Below are positions 17,103 to 25,886 of a stretch of DNA of 64,000 bases, in pieces. The position numbers and the translations under genes are program-made. The notes beneath the pieces are model-generated. The model saw only the letters and a program-made list of their open reading frames with translations. It was not told where the DNA came from and searched no databases. The DNA is from Pirellulales bacterium. GTDB lineage: Bacteria > Planctomycetota > Planctomycetia > Pirellulales > UBA1268. The stretch spans positions 14,157-78,156 of the forward strand of contig JBILVO010000002.1 in assembly GCA_044370415.1 (NCBI GenBank). Direction: 5' to 3'. Positions within the stretch are counted from its first letter, which is position 1, and each line of letters begins with the position of its first letter.

Positions 17103-19103
17103 TCACCCATCCTTGGGATCAGTCATGCCCTGAGCGGCCCGCCGTTGGGCGACGAGCTGCTCCAGAAGAGCCGCCTCCGAGCCGGGATCCAGCTGGGAGG
17201 TTTTCAGTGTGCGTGCGCTGCGGTGCGCCTGCCGCTCGGCGGAGCGGCGTCGCAGGGCGTCGCGCAGGTGGTCCATGCGTTCGCGGCCGTCGACCGTGGT
17301 GCGGCCGGCGCTCGACTCGTCGACAGCGACGAGCAGGCTCTGGACGACGGGATCGGCGATCTCGAGGAGCAGGCCTGAAAGGGCGACGGGCCGCCCGTCG
17401 GCGTGCAGCCGGCGGGCCGCTTCCAGGACGACCCGGCCCTCCGAGCTCTCGAGCTCGGAGGATTCCACCTCGCGGACGATGAGGCCCGCACCCTCGGGCA
17501 CCCCGACGAGCACCTCGATCACCTCGCGGTCCCAGGCGGAGAGCCGGGGCAGGCTCGCCGGCGCGGTCCCGGCGTCGCGGCCGCGGCCAGCGCCGGCCGA
17601 CTGTTTCCGCAGCGCGGCGAGACGGGAGCGGAGGGCCTCACGCGACAGCCCGAATCGTCGCGACAGCCGTCCCATGACCTGATCCTCGCGCAGCCGACCC
17701 TCCGACGGGGCGGCGGCGGTCGTCGACGCGGTGGCCAGCGCCTTGAGAACGCTCTCGACACCGGCCAGGGCGGCGTCGTCTCCCGCATCCGGAGGCAGCC
17801 GGGCGACGATCTCGTCGAGCCGGTAGTCGAGCGGGTCGCAGGCCGACGAGACGAGGGCCTCGAACGCGTCGCGGCCGTTGTCGAGGACGAACTCGCAGGG
17901 GTCGACGCCCGACGGCAGCCGTGCGATCCGCACGTCGATCGGCTCGGCGAGGATGACGTCGAGGATCTCGTCGGCACGGCGGCGGCCGGCGTCATCGCCG
18001 TCGAGCACCAGCACGATGCGGTCGGCGTAGCGGCGCAGCAGCTTGGCATGCCGCTCTCCCAGCGCCGTGCCCAGCACCGCCACCACGTCGTCGATGCCCG
18101 CCTGTCGCGCCGCGAGGCAGTCGGTGTAGCCCTCGACGACGACCGCCCGCCGCGATCGGCCCATCGCCTCCCGGGCGGTGTCGAGGCCGTACAGCATCGA
18201 GCTCTTCGAAAAGAGCGGCGTTTCCGGTGAATTGATGTACTTTGCGGAATCGGCCGCGGCGCCGGGCAGGACGCGGCCGCCGAAGGCCACGCACCGCGAC
18301 TGCGGGTCGAGGATCGGAAACATCAGGCGGTCTCGGAAGCGGTCGTAATGACCCGAGCGGTCCTGCCGCTCCACGGCCAGGCCGGTCCGCGCCAGGATCG
18401 CCGACGACATGCCGGCCGCCGCAGCCTGCCGGAGCAGCCAGTCCCACGAGGCGGGGGCGAAGCCGAGACGGAATCGCTCGAGGGTCGTCTTGTCGAGGCC
18501 GCGCGAGGCGAGGTAGTCGCGGGCGGGGCCGGCCTCCGGGGCCGACGTGAGGCAGGCGTGGAAGCGGTCGGCGGCCCAGGCCAGCGTGGCGAGCATCGCC
18601 GCCTTCTCGTCGGTCGGCATGCCGCCCCGCCCACGGGGCAGGTCGATGCCGGCCCGCTGCGCGAGCTGCTCGAGCGCCTCGCGGAACTCCAGCCGCTCCA
18701 TCTTCATCAGGAAGCTGAACGCGTCGCCGCCGATGTTGCACACCCAGCAGCGGAAGGTCTGGCGCTCCGGGTTGACGTGGAAGCTGGGACGGGAGTCCTC
18801 GTGCCACGGGCACAGCCCGACCATGGCCTTGCCCTGCCGCCGCAGCGACAGGTATGAGCCCACCAGATCGACGATATCGATCGCATCCCGAACCCGCTCC
18901 TTCAGGTCGTCGTGCGAGCCCTGAGGAAATGCCGGCGGGAATGCTGTGGGAGTCACGGTCGGCGTGTTTCCGGCGGTACGATTCGAGGACACCGTCGGAA
19001 TGTAGGAGCGTTCGCCGAACGGGTCAATCGCAGGAATCGACGCCCCAAACGGCCTGTTTTGCCGCGGCGAGACTGGGCTTGCCAAACCACCGTCGAGTCG
19101 CAC
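17103..19103 (-). CDS. dnaG: DNA primase DnaG
   Basis: CHC2 zinc finger CPWHEDSRPSFHVNPERQTFRCWVC, and a TOPRIM block VVVEGYTDC...VLVLDGDDAGRRRA. The true start is probably internal (for example GTG at 18956 or 18992) because the first ~45 aa have poor codon bias. It lies immediately upstream of rpoD. Confidence 0.9.
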   Translation of the reverse strand: MRLDGGLASPVSPRQNRPFGASIPAIDPFGERSYIPTVSSNRTAGNTPTVTPTAFPPAFPQGSHDDLKERVRDAIDIVDLVGSYLSLRRQGKAMVGLCPWHEDSRPSFHVNPERQTFRCWVCNIGGDAFSFLMKMERLEFREALEQLAQRAGIDLPRGRGGMPTDEKAAMLATLAWAADRFHACLTSAPEAGPARDYLASRGLDKTTLERFRLGFAPASWDWLLRQAAAAGMSSAILARTGLAVERQDRSGHYDRFRDRLMFPILDPQSRCVAFGGRVLPGAAADSAKYINSPETPLFSKSSMLYGLDTAREAMGRSRRAVVVEGYTDCLAARQAGIDDVVAVLGTALGERHAKLLRRYADRIVLVLDGDDAGRRRADEILDVILAEPIDVRIARLPSGVDPCEFVLDNGRDAFEALVSSACDPLDYRLDEIVARLPPDAGDDAALAGVESVLKALATASTTAAAPSEGRLREDQVMGRLSRRFGLSREALRSRLAALRKQSAGAGRGRDAGTAPASLPRLSAWDREVIEVLVGVPEGAGLIVREVESSELESSEGRVVLEAARRLHADGRPVALSGLLLEIADPVVQSLLVAVDESSAGRTTVDGRERMDHLRDALRRRSAERQAHRSARTLKTSQLDPGSEAALLEQLVAQRRAAQGMTDPKDG

Positions 19104-19150
19104 GACGCAGGCGTGATGGATCCCTGCAAGACCGCGCGTGAGCGGCGCGG

Positions 19151-19190
19151 CGTCAGGCGCGATCAGGCAAGATCAGGCGCGATCAGGAAA
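19151..19190. repeat. 10-bp tandem repeat (C/G)(G/A)TCAGG(C/A)(G/A)(C/A) x4 (cgtcaggcgc gatcaggcaa gatcaggcgc gatcaggaaa)
   Basis: Read directly. It contains the response-regulator stop codon (19183-19185) and lies between that gene and the dnaG start. Confidence 0.9.
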
Positions 19191-19647
19191 GAAGCCGGTC
19201 GATGCTCGCGAGCAGCCTGTCCATCGCGAACGGCTTGCGGATGTAGTCGTCCACGCCGAGCATCTCCGCATACGCCTTGTGCCGGCTGCCCTCGTTGGCG
19301 GTGATCATGATCACGCGCATGGGCACGGGGCGGCTGCGACGGAGCTTCTCGAGCACGAGAAAGCCGCTCCGCTTGGGCATCATCATGTCGAGCACGACGA
19401 GGTCTGGCTCCTCGGATTCCGCCATGGCGAGGCCCTGATTGCCGTCGCGGGCGACCAAGATCTCGTAGCCACGCGACTCGAGCACGGCCCGCATCGACTC
19501 CACGATCTCGGTGTCGTCGTCCACGAGCAGCACCCGCTTGCCGGCGCCGCCGGCTGCTGCGGCCCGCGGGGCGGTGCGGGCTGCGGCCTCCCCTGCGGCG
19601 GTCTCCCGGGCGGCGGCGGTCTTACGGGCTTTCCTGGGGGCGGGCAT
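19183..19647 (-). CDS. Single-domain response regulator (CheY-like receiver)
   Basis: Motifs KRVLLVDDD, phospho-acceptor context DLVVLDMMMP, and ITANEGS...KPF. It has a 35-aa Ala/Arg-rich N-terminal extension. Confidence 0.9.
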   Translation of the reverse strand: MPAPRKARKTAAARETAAGEAAARTAPRAAAAGGAGKRVLLVDDDTEIVESMRAVLESRGYEILVARDGNQGLAMAESEEPDLVVLDMMMPKRSGFLVLEKLRRSRPVPMRVIMITANEGSRHKAYAEMLGVDDYIRKPFAMDRLLASIDRLLS

Positions 19648-19795
19648 GCGTGAGTCTCGGGGGATTCCGGCGGTCGTGGGCGGCCTCCGGCTCGAGGCTC
19701 GCAGGTCACGAGATCATCGCCCGTGCCGCTCATACGCCGCAGGATATCACGAATCGAAAGCGACCGGCAAATTCACCGACGATTTTACGCAACGC

Positions 19796-20521
19796 TCATG
19801 CAGTCGGTCGCGGCCGATCGGGCGACGCGCCGAGAAACACCGCCGCACCGGCAAGGCCGAGCGCCGCACCCAGGAGCACGTCGCTTGGGTAGTGCGCCGA
19901 CGTGGCCACCCGCTGCGCAGCGGCCGCGACCGCCAGCGCGGCGAAGAGCCAGGCCGCCCGCGGATACTTCCACGACAGCGCCGCAGCCAGGCCGGCCGCC
20001 ATCGCGGCATGCCCGGATGGAAAGCTGTTGACGTCGCTGTGGCTGGTGAGCCGCGTCGCGGCCGCGGTGCCGAACGTGGCGATCGCGGAGGCCACGGCCG
20101 TGAGGTCGGCCGCTCGCGGCCGCACCCGATCGACGACCGCCTTGATGATGTCGACCATAAGACCGCCGGCGATCGCGGCCGCTATCATCCGCCAGCAGTC
20201 GCCGCTCGGCCCGAGGCGGCCGAACGCCGCCGTGCGGCCCGTGGCCGGGTCTCTCGCGGACAGCGAGGGGTCGAGGGCGACGGCGGCCAGCAGGATCACC
20301 GCCACACCCATCCCGTGGGCGAACACCTCAGCGAAGTTGAGAAACCGCTTCAGTTCGCCCGGGAGGTGGCCGGCCTTGCACCAGCGGGCCACATCGAGGT
20401 CGAACGCGAACGCAAGGCTCGAGGCGGCAGCGAGCGCGATCGCCATCGTGACGAGCCGGCGGCGCAGGCCGCCCCTACCGGGCGGCGGCCCGCTGGCAGT
20501 GGATGAGGATGAGCTGTCCAT
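19796..20521 (-). CDS. PAP2-family membrane phosphatase
   Basis: Motif SFPSGHAAMAAG...SAHYPSDVLLGAALG, with several hydrophobic spans. I prefer ATG at 20521 (MDSSSS...) over the track's TTG at 20575. Confidence 0.8.
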   Translation of the reverse strand: MDSSSSSTASGPPPGRGGLRRRLVTMAIALAAASSLAFAFDLDVARWCKAGHLPGELKRFLNFAEVFAHGMGVAVILLAAVALDPSLSARDPATGRTAAFGRLGPSGDCWRMIAAAIAGGLMVDIIKAVVDRVRPRAADLTAVASAIATFGTAAATRLTSHSDVNSFPSGHAAMAAGLAAALSWKYPRAAWLFAALAVAAAAQRVATSAHYPSDVLLGAALGLAGAAVFLGASPDRPRPTA

Positions 20522-20630
20522 GAAAAAAGTGTCGCAGACGGCTTCGGCGGCTGTCGAGAGCGGAGGGCCGCTCAAATTGCGGCTCCGCTCGTGGGCACAT
20601 CCTCTGCCGACGACCGCCGACGCCCGGCGG

Positions 20631-22169
20631 TCACGTCCACAGGCCGCGGTCGAGCACCCGGTAGTTGATCGCCTCGCTCACATGTGCGCAGCCGATCGAC
20701 TCGGAGGCGTCGAGGTCGGCGATCGTCCGCGCCACCCGCAGCACCTTGTCATGGGCGCGGGCCGAGAGTCCCAGGTCGGAGACCGCCGCCCGCACGAGTT
20801 CCGCAGCTGCGGGTTCGAGCGGGCAGAACTCGCGGATCTGCCGGCTCGTCATTCGGGCGTTGGACCGTACTGACAGGCCGGCGAACCGGTCGGCCTGCCG
20901 CAGCCGTGCGGCGAGCACCGCCTCGCGGATCTGGCTGCTCGATGTGCCGGCGCGGGAGGCGGAGAGCTCGCGGAACGGAACGGCAGGCACTTCGAGGTGG
21001 ATGTCGATCCGGTCGAGAAGCGGCCCGGAGATCTTGCCCATGTAGCGTTCGACCTGCGGCGTCGTGCACTGGCAGTCGCGTCGCGGATCGCCCCGGTAGC
21101 CGCAGGGGCAGGGGTTGAGCGCCGCCACGAGCATGAAGTCGGCGGGAAACCGCGTGCTCCCCTTCGCGCGGCTGATCGAGACGAATCCGTCTTCGAGCGG
21201 CTGCCTCAGCACCTCGAGCGTGCGGCGGTTGAACTCCGGCAGCTCGTCGAGGAAGAGGACGCCGTTGTGGGCGAGACTGATCTCGCCCGGCATCGGCACC
21301 GACCGCCCGCCGATGAGGCCGGCCTCGCTGATCGTGTGGTGCGGTGCGCGGAAGGGCCGGGTGGCCACGAGCGGCTGGCCCGTCGAGAGCAGGCCCAGCG
21401 CGCTGTAGATCCGCGTGGTCTCGATCGACTCGGCTGCCGACAGCTGCGGCAGGATCGTGGGGATCCTCTTCGCCAGCATCGTCTTGCCGCCGCCTGGCGG
21501 CCCAAGCATGACGCAGTTGTGACCGCCAGCCGCGGCGACGCAGAGGGCCCGCTTGGCGGCCTCCTGGCCACGGACGTCGGCGAAGTCGACGTCGTAGGCG
21601 GCGAACCGGTCGAACCACTCGGTCACGCGGGGCGGTGAGCGGGGGATGTCGAGCTCGCCGGCGAAAAATCGCACCGCCTCGTGCAGAGAATCGACGGGTA
21701 TCACCTCGATCTCCTCGACGACGGCGGCCTCGGTCGCGTTGGCCGTCGGCACGACGAGGCCGCGCAGCTTTCGCCCGCGCGCCACGGAGATCGCCGCCGA
21801 GAGCGCGCCGCGGGTGGGCCGCGTCGAGCCCTCGAGCGAGAGTTCACCGACGACCGCGTAGTCTTCGAACCGCTGCGCGGAAAACTGCCCGCTGCCGGCG
21901 AGGATGCCCAGCGTGATCGGCAGGTCGAATGTTGCCGCCTGCTTCGGCATCTCGGCCGGAGCGAGGTTTATCACGATCCGGTCGTTGGGCCGGTTGAAGC
22001 CGGAGTTGACCATCGCGCGGGCGACGCGGTGGGTGCTCTCGCGGATCGCGGGGTCGGGCAGGCCGACGAGCACGGTCGAGGGGAGGGCGCCGGTCGAGAC
22101 GTCGACCTCCACGTCCACCGGTACCGCGTCGATGCCCAGGAGCGAAAACGTCTGCAGGCGGGCAAGCAT
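20631..22169 (-). CDS. comM: YifB/ComM-family Mg-chelatase-like AAA+ ATPase
   Basis: ATG at 22169 gives MLARLQTFSLLGIDAVPVDVEVDV, the family's canonical N-terminus. Walker A is MLGPPGGGKTMLA, followed by VLFLDELPEF and ISGPLLDRIDIH. Confidence 0.9.
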   Translation of the reverse strand: MLARLQTFSLLGIDAVPVDVEVDVSTGALPSTVLVGLPDPAIRESTHRVARAMVNSGFNRPNDRIVINLAPAEMPKQAATFDLPITLGILAGSGQFSAQRFEDYAVVGELSLEGSTRPTRGALSAAISVARGRKLRGLVVPTANATEAAVVEEIEVIPVDSLHEAVRFFAGELDIPRSPPRVTEWFDRFAAYDVDFADVRGQEAAKRALCVAAAGGHNCVMLGPPGGGKTMLAKRIPTILPQLSAAESIETTRIYSALGLLSTGQPLVATRPFRAPHHTISEAGLIGGRSVPMPGEISLAHNGVLFLDELPEFNRRTLEVLRQPLEDGFVSISRAKGSTRFPADFMLVAALNPCPCGYRGDPRRDCQCTTPQVERYMGKISGPLLDRIDIHLEVPAVPFRELSASRAGTSSSQIREAVLAARLRQADRFAGLSVRSNARMTSRQIREFCPLEPAAAELVRAAVSDLGLSARAHDKVLRVARTIADLDASESIGCAHVSEAINYRVLDRGLWT

Positions 22170-22812
22170 GGCGAAGGGTCTCCCGTGCGCGATTGGCTTT
22201 CCTGACGCCGGCCGCGGCATGCCGGAAGCCGCGCGTGCCATTACTGTACGTGCGTATAGTTGCTGTGTCAATGGTCGGCGATCGCTGCCGTGAGGCCGAG
22301 CAGCTCAGCTCGCGGCGGAGGCATTCGCCGATGCCGACGCCATCCGCCTGAAAAATCTTCGCCAGCCGGAGCGCGGGACGAACGGTGGAGAGGCAGTTGG
22401 ACCGCGAGCGGACGACGCCCCGCCTCGAGGGTTGTGGTGCGGGCGGTCAGGCAACCGCCTGACCGCCGCTTCCGCCAAGCCCGCAGGCCGGCGGCAAAGC
22501 CGAACTGCTGTTCGACGAGGGCGAGCCCGCCAAGGAGGAGTGCCATGGCACTGCCGCCGGAGGCATGGGAAGGCTTCGTCGCGGTCCACGTGGTTGTCGC
22601 TGTGGCTGTCTTCATGGATTTCATGGCCGTGTCCGCGACCGCTCTCCGGCGATAACGTGGCAATCTATCCCTCGGACCTGCACTCCCCTCGAAGTTTTAC
22701 TCCGCGCACCGTGGCAGCCGTGGTCGCGGCGTGCTTGACGGGTTTCGCGAGGCAGGGCTAGAGTTCGCGCACCGGGCAGATGGCCTGCGAGACGTGAGAC
22801 TCCAGAGCGACA

Positions 22813-22917
22813 CAGAGTTCTAGAGCACAGAGTTCCGGGGTTCAGAGTTCCGGTGTTCAGAGTTCCGGGGCAGCGAGTTCAAGAGCAGAGAGATCAAGGC
22901 CAGCGAGTTCCAGGACA
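22813..22917. repeat. Degenerate 15-bp tandem repeat (consensus CAGAGTTCCGGGGTT) x7, decaying 3'-ward
   Basis: Units start at 22813, 22828, 22843, 22858, 22873, 22888 and 22903, all spaced exactly 15 bp apart. An isolated copy (TAGAGTTC) lies at 22759. The array sits directly upstream of the PQQ-propeller gene. Confidence 0.85.
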
Positions 22918-23012
22918 GAGGCTTGATCTGGCAGCGGCTGCGGCACGATAAGGTCGAGTCCCTGTCGTTTCTGAGCACCACCACGCCGGCAGTCCCAGGG
23001 GAGTTCACCGTC

Positions 23013-24419
23013 GTGCGATTCCTGCTCCAGTCAGTGGCGTGGGCGGCGTCGTGTGTGGTGGTATGGGCGGCGGTCGCGGACCCGACGCCGGCGGCCGAGG
23101 TGCCCAGCCTGTGGCAGCGGACGGCCGGCGTCGACTGGCCCTGCTTCCTGGGGCCGGCGGGGGATGGCACGAGTCCTGAAACCGGCTTCTTCACCGACAG
23201 CGGGCTGCGCGGGGCGAAGATCCTCTGGCAGCGGCCGCTCGACTCTGGCTACGCCATGCCGTCGATCAGCCGCGGCCGGCTGTTCCAGTTCTCGGCCCGC
23301 GGCCGGCTCAATCGGCTCGAGTGCATGCGGGCCGAGACCGGCGAGCCGCTCTGGTCGTTCGAGTATCCCACCGACTACGAGGATCTCTACGGCTACGGCA
23401 ACGGGCCGCGGTGCTGCCCGGTGATCGACGACGATCGCGTCTACATCTTCGGCGCCGAGGGGATGCTCCACTGCCTGAGGACCGTCGACGGCACGGTCGT
23501 CTGGAAGCTCGACACCACGGCCCGCTTCGGCGTCATCCAGAACTTCTTCGGCGTCGGTAGCACGCCCGTCATCGAGGGCGACCTGCTGATCGCCAGCATC
23601 GGCGGCTCGCCCGCCGCGAGCAAGGATGTGCCACCCGGCCGGCTCGACCGCGTCAAGGGAGCCGATTCGGGCGTGGTCGCCTTCGACAAGCGCACCGGCG
23701 AGGTGCGGTATCAGTTCAGCGACGAACTGGCCAGCTATGCGAGCCCGATGCTCGCCACCATCGCCGGCCGCCGATGGGGTTTCATGTTCGCCCGCGGCGG
23801 CCTGATCGGCTTCGAGCCGGCCACCGGACGGCAGGACTTTCACTTTCCGTGGCGGGCCACGATCCTCGAGAGCGTCAACGCCAGCAATCCCGTCGTCGTC
23901 GGGGACGAGGTGCTCATCAGCGAGACCTACGGGCCGGGGGCGGCGCTCCTGCGGGTGAAGCCCGGCGGGAGCGAGGTCGTGTGGAGCGACGACCCCAAGC
24001 AGCGGCGCAAGATCCTGCAGACGCACTGGAGCACGCCGATCCATCACCGCGGCCACGTCTATGCCTGCAGCGGCCGGCACACGGAGGGGGCGGAGCTGCG
24101 GTGCATCGACTGGAAGACCGGCGACCTGAAGTGGTCGCAGCCCGGCCTCGGCCGCACGAGCCTGCTCCTGGTCGACGGCCACTTCTTCTGCCTGACCGAG
24201 GCGGGGGGCTTGTTCGTCTTCCGCGCGAACCCCGACGCCTATCAGTCGGTCGGCGAGATCCCGCTGGAGGCCGAGCAGGCGGGCGGGCCCGACGGCCGCC
24301 GCGGACTGCTCCGCTATCCCGCCTGGGCGGCGCCGATCCTGTCGCACGGCCTGCTTTTCGTCCGCGGCGCCGATCGGCTCGTCTGTGTGGAGCTCGCGCG
24401 GGCCCCGGATGGCCGCTAG
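23013..24419 (+). CDS. Secreted PQQ-like (BamB-type) beta-propeller repeat protein
   Basis: ORF 22923..24419. GTG at 23013 follows GGGGAG and yields the signal peptide VRFLLQSVAWAASCVVVWAAVA. The body shows repeated propeller patterns (G.L.C....TGE.LW, DDRVYIFG, DG.VVW). The start is uncertain; the TTG at 22923 is possible. Confidence 0.8.
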   Translation: MRFLLQSVAWAASCVVVWAAVADPTPAAEVPSLWQRTAGVDWPCFLGPAGDGTSPETGFFTDSGLRGAKILWQRPLDSGYAMPSISRGRLFQFSARGRLNRLECMRAETGEPLWSFEYPTDYEDLYGYGNGPRCCPVIDDDRVYIFGAEGMLHCLRTVDGTVVWKLDTTARFGVIQNFFGVGSTPVIEGDLLIASIGGSPAASKDVPPGRLDRVKGADSGVVAFDKRTGEVRYQFSDELASYASPMLATIAGRRWGFMFARGGLIGFEPATGRQDFHFPWRATILESVNASNPVVVGDEVLISETYGPGAALLRVKPGGSEVVWSDDPKQRRKILQTHWSTPIHHRGHVYACSGRHTEGAELRCIDWKTGDLKWSQPGLGRTSLLLVDGHFFCLTEAGGLFVFRANPDAYQSVGEIPLEAEQAGGPDGRRGLLRYPAWAAPILSHGLLFVRGADRLVCVELARAPDGR

Positions 24420-24658
24420 GGCGCACTTGATCTCGCTTGAGCGACGACCCGGTGAAGTGGGAAAACGGCAAGCCGGGATCGGCGGAAGCTCGACGAGCTT
24501 GGAGGATTTCGCATGTCCAAGACGCATGCAGCGTAAGAGACGGTCGCGCGAAATCATCCCGCGAGGAGACTTCTGCCGGCCCGGCGGCGATCGCTCCCTG
24601 CCGGAACGCCCCACATAACTTGAATGCACTCGACGCCAGCCGCGTGGTTCGTGAACCC

Positions 24659-25828
24659 ATGACGATCTTCGCGACCGAGGAAAAGCGGCTGACGGTCGCC
24701 GTGCGGCTGCTCGCGGCGGCGTTTCTGCTCTGCCTCGGCCTGTCGTGGAAGCTCTGGATCTCGAGCCGGCTCTATCCGCTCGTGCCGCTCTTCGGCCTCC
24801 TGCCGCCGCTGCCCTCGCCGTTCGACCATCTCGCGCTGGCCGCGGTCGTCGGCCTGCTGGCGGGCATCGTCGTGTGGCCCCGCGCCACGCCGCTCATTGT
24901 CGCGGTCGTGGTCATGCTCTCCGCACTCTTCGCGCAGGACCAGAGCCGACTCTGGCCGTCGTTCTACGAGTTTTTCATCCTCTTCCTGCTGTTGCTCTCC
25001 TGGCGACCCGACGGCGGCGAGGGGGAGTCGCAGCGGCTGCTCGCGGGAATGCGGTTCGTCGTGGCTGCCGTCTATTTCTGGGGGGGCATCCAGAAGCTCA
25101 CGCCGCACTTCTTCCACGAGGAGTTTCCCTGGTTCATCCAGCCGCTCACCGACCTCGTGCCGGTGGCTGCGCCATGCGTGCCGGCGCTGGCGGTGGCGGC
25201 CGCGATCGGCGAGGTGATGATCGGCGTCGGGCTGCTCACGCGGCGGTGTCGGGCGTTCGCCCTCGGCGAGGCGCTCGTGATGCACGCGATCATCTTCGTG
25301 TGCATCGGGCCGATCCGGGGCAACTGGAACGACGCCGCGTGGATGTGGAGCCTGGCGACGGCGGCGTTCGCATGCGTGCTCTTTTACGACGCGCCGCCAT
25401 TTTCGTTCCAAACGATGTTCGCAGCGCCATGGCGGTGCAGCCTGCCGCAGATGCTGGCCGTGGCGCTCGTCGGCATCGCCCCGGTGCTCAACAACGTGAA
25501 CCGCTGGGACTCGGCGATGTCGTTCAACGTCTACACGGGCAACGTCACCACGGCCGCGATCGTCCTGCCCGCCGACGCGGTGGGGCGGCTGCCGCCCGAG
25601 GTAGCCGCGCACGCGACGCTGCAGGGCGCGGGGGCGCTGCTCGACGTGAACGCCTGGGCAAGGCAGGAATTCAACGGCGGCGCCTATCCTGAAGCGCGGA
25701 TCTTCCGGGCCGTCTTCCGCATGATCTGCGGGCTGGTGCCGGATCGGTCGCTGCGGCTCGTGATCATCGAGAAGGCGAGCTGGTCTGCCCCGAAGACGCA
25801 GCGGATGGAGGCCTGCGGCGAACTGTGA
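24659..25828 (+). CDS. Polytopic integral membrane protein, function unknown
   Basis: ATG at 24659 (MTIFATEEKRL...) inside ORF 24437..25828. At least 8 hydrophobic segments are rich in W/F/L. No family is recognised with confidence. Confidence 0.7.
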   Translation: MTIFATEEKRLTVAVRLLAAAFLLCLGLSWKLWISSRLYPLVPLFGLLPPLPSPFDHLALAAVVGLLAGIVVWPRATPLIVAVVVMLSALFAQDQSRLWPSFYEFFILFLLLLSWRPDGGEGESQRLLAGMRFVVAAVYFWGGIQKLTPHFFHEEFPWFIQPLTDLVPVAAPCVPALAVAAAIGEVMIGVGLLTRRCRAFALGEALVMHAIIFVCIGPIRGNWNDAAWMWSLATAAFACVLFYDAPPFSFQTMFAAPWRCSLPQMLAVALVGIAPVLNNVNRWDSAMSFNVYTGNVTTAAIVLPADAVGRLPPEVAAHATLQGAGALLDVNAWARQEFNGGAYPEARIFRAVFRMICGLVPDRSLRLVIIEKASWSAPKTQRMEACGEL

Positions 25829-25886
25829 CCCGTGCGGACAGTAACGCGGCGGAGCGGGCGTCGCCCTGCCGATGCCATGAACTGGG

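Noticed and set aside
15222-17378. 718-aa plus-strand ORF opposite rpoD
   Set aside because: It is an antisense shadow. The rpoD regions 2-4 on the minus strand are unmistakable.
17103-19647. Response regulator - dnaG - rpoD considered as an unusual regulatory operon
   Set aside because: dnaG-rpoD linkage is the classical macromolecular-synthesis arrangement. The response regulator is separated from it by a repeat-bearing spacer, so nothing beyond the repeat (reported separately) needs explaining.
22268-22663. 131-aa minus-strand ORF in the comM-PQQ intergenic region. An internal start gives MKSMKTATATTTWTATKP...ALLLGGLALVEQQFGFAAGLRAWRKRR, superficially like a hydrophobic-helix plus Arg-cluster (PEP-CTERM-like) sorting tail.
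   Set aside because: There is no PEP tripeptide, and the tail is not at the C-terminus because the ORF continues for 60 more junk-like residues. There is no convincing RBS or codon bias. I left it unannotated, though a small-protein or leader role cannot be excluded.
22813-22917. Tandem repeats at 22813-22917 (and also at 2591-2637, 19151-19190, 46374-46414 and 46562-46606) considered as possible CRISPR arrays
   Set aside because: The units are 10-15 bp and directly abutting, with no unique spacers. This is far below CRISPR repeat size, and no cas genes are nearby.
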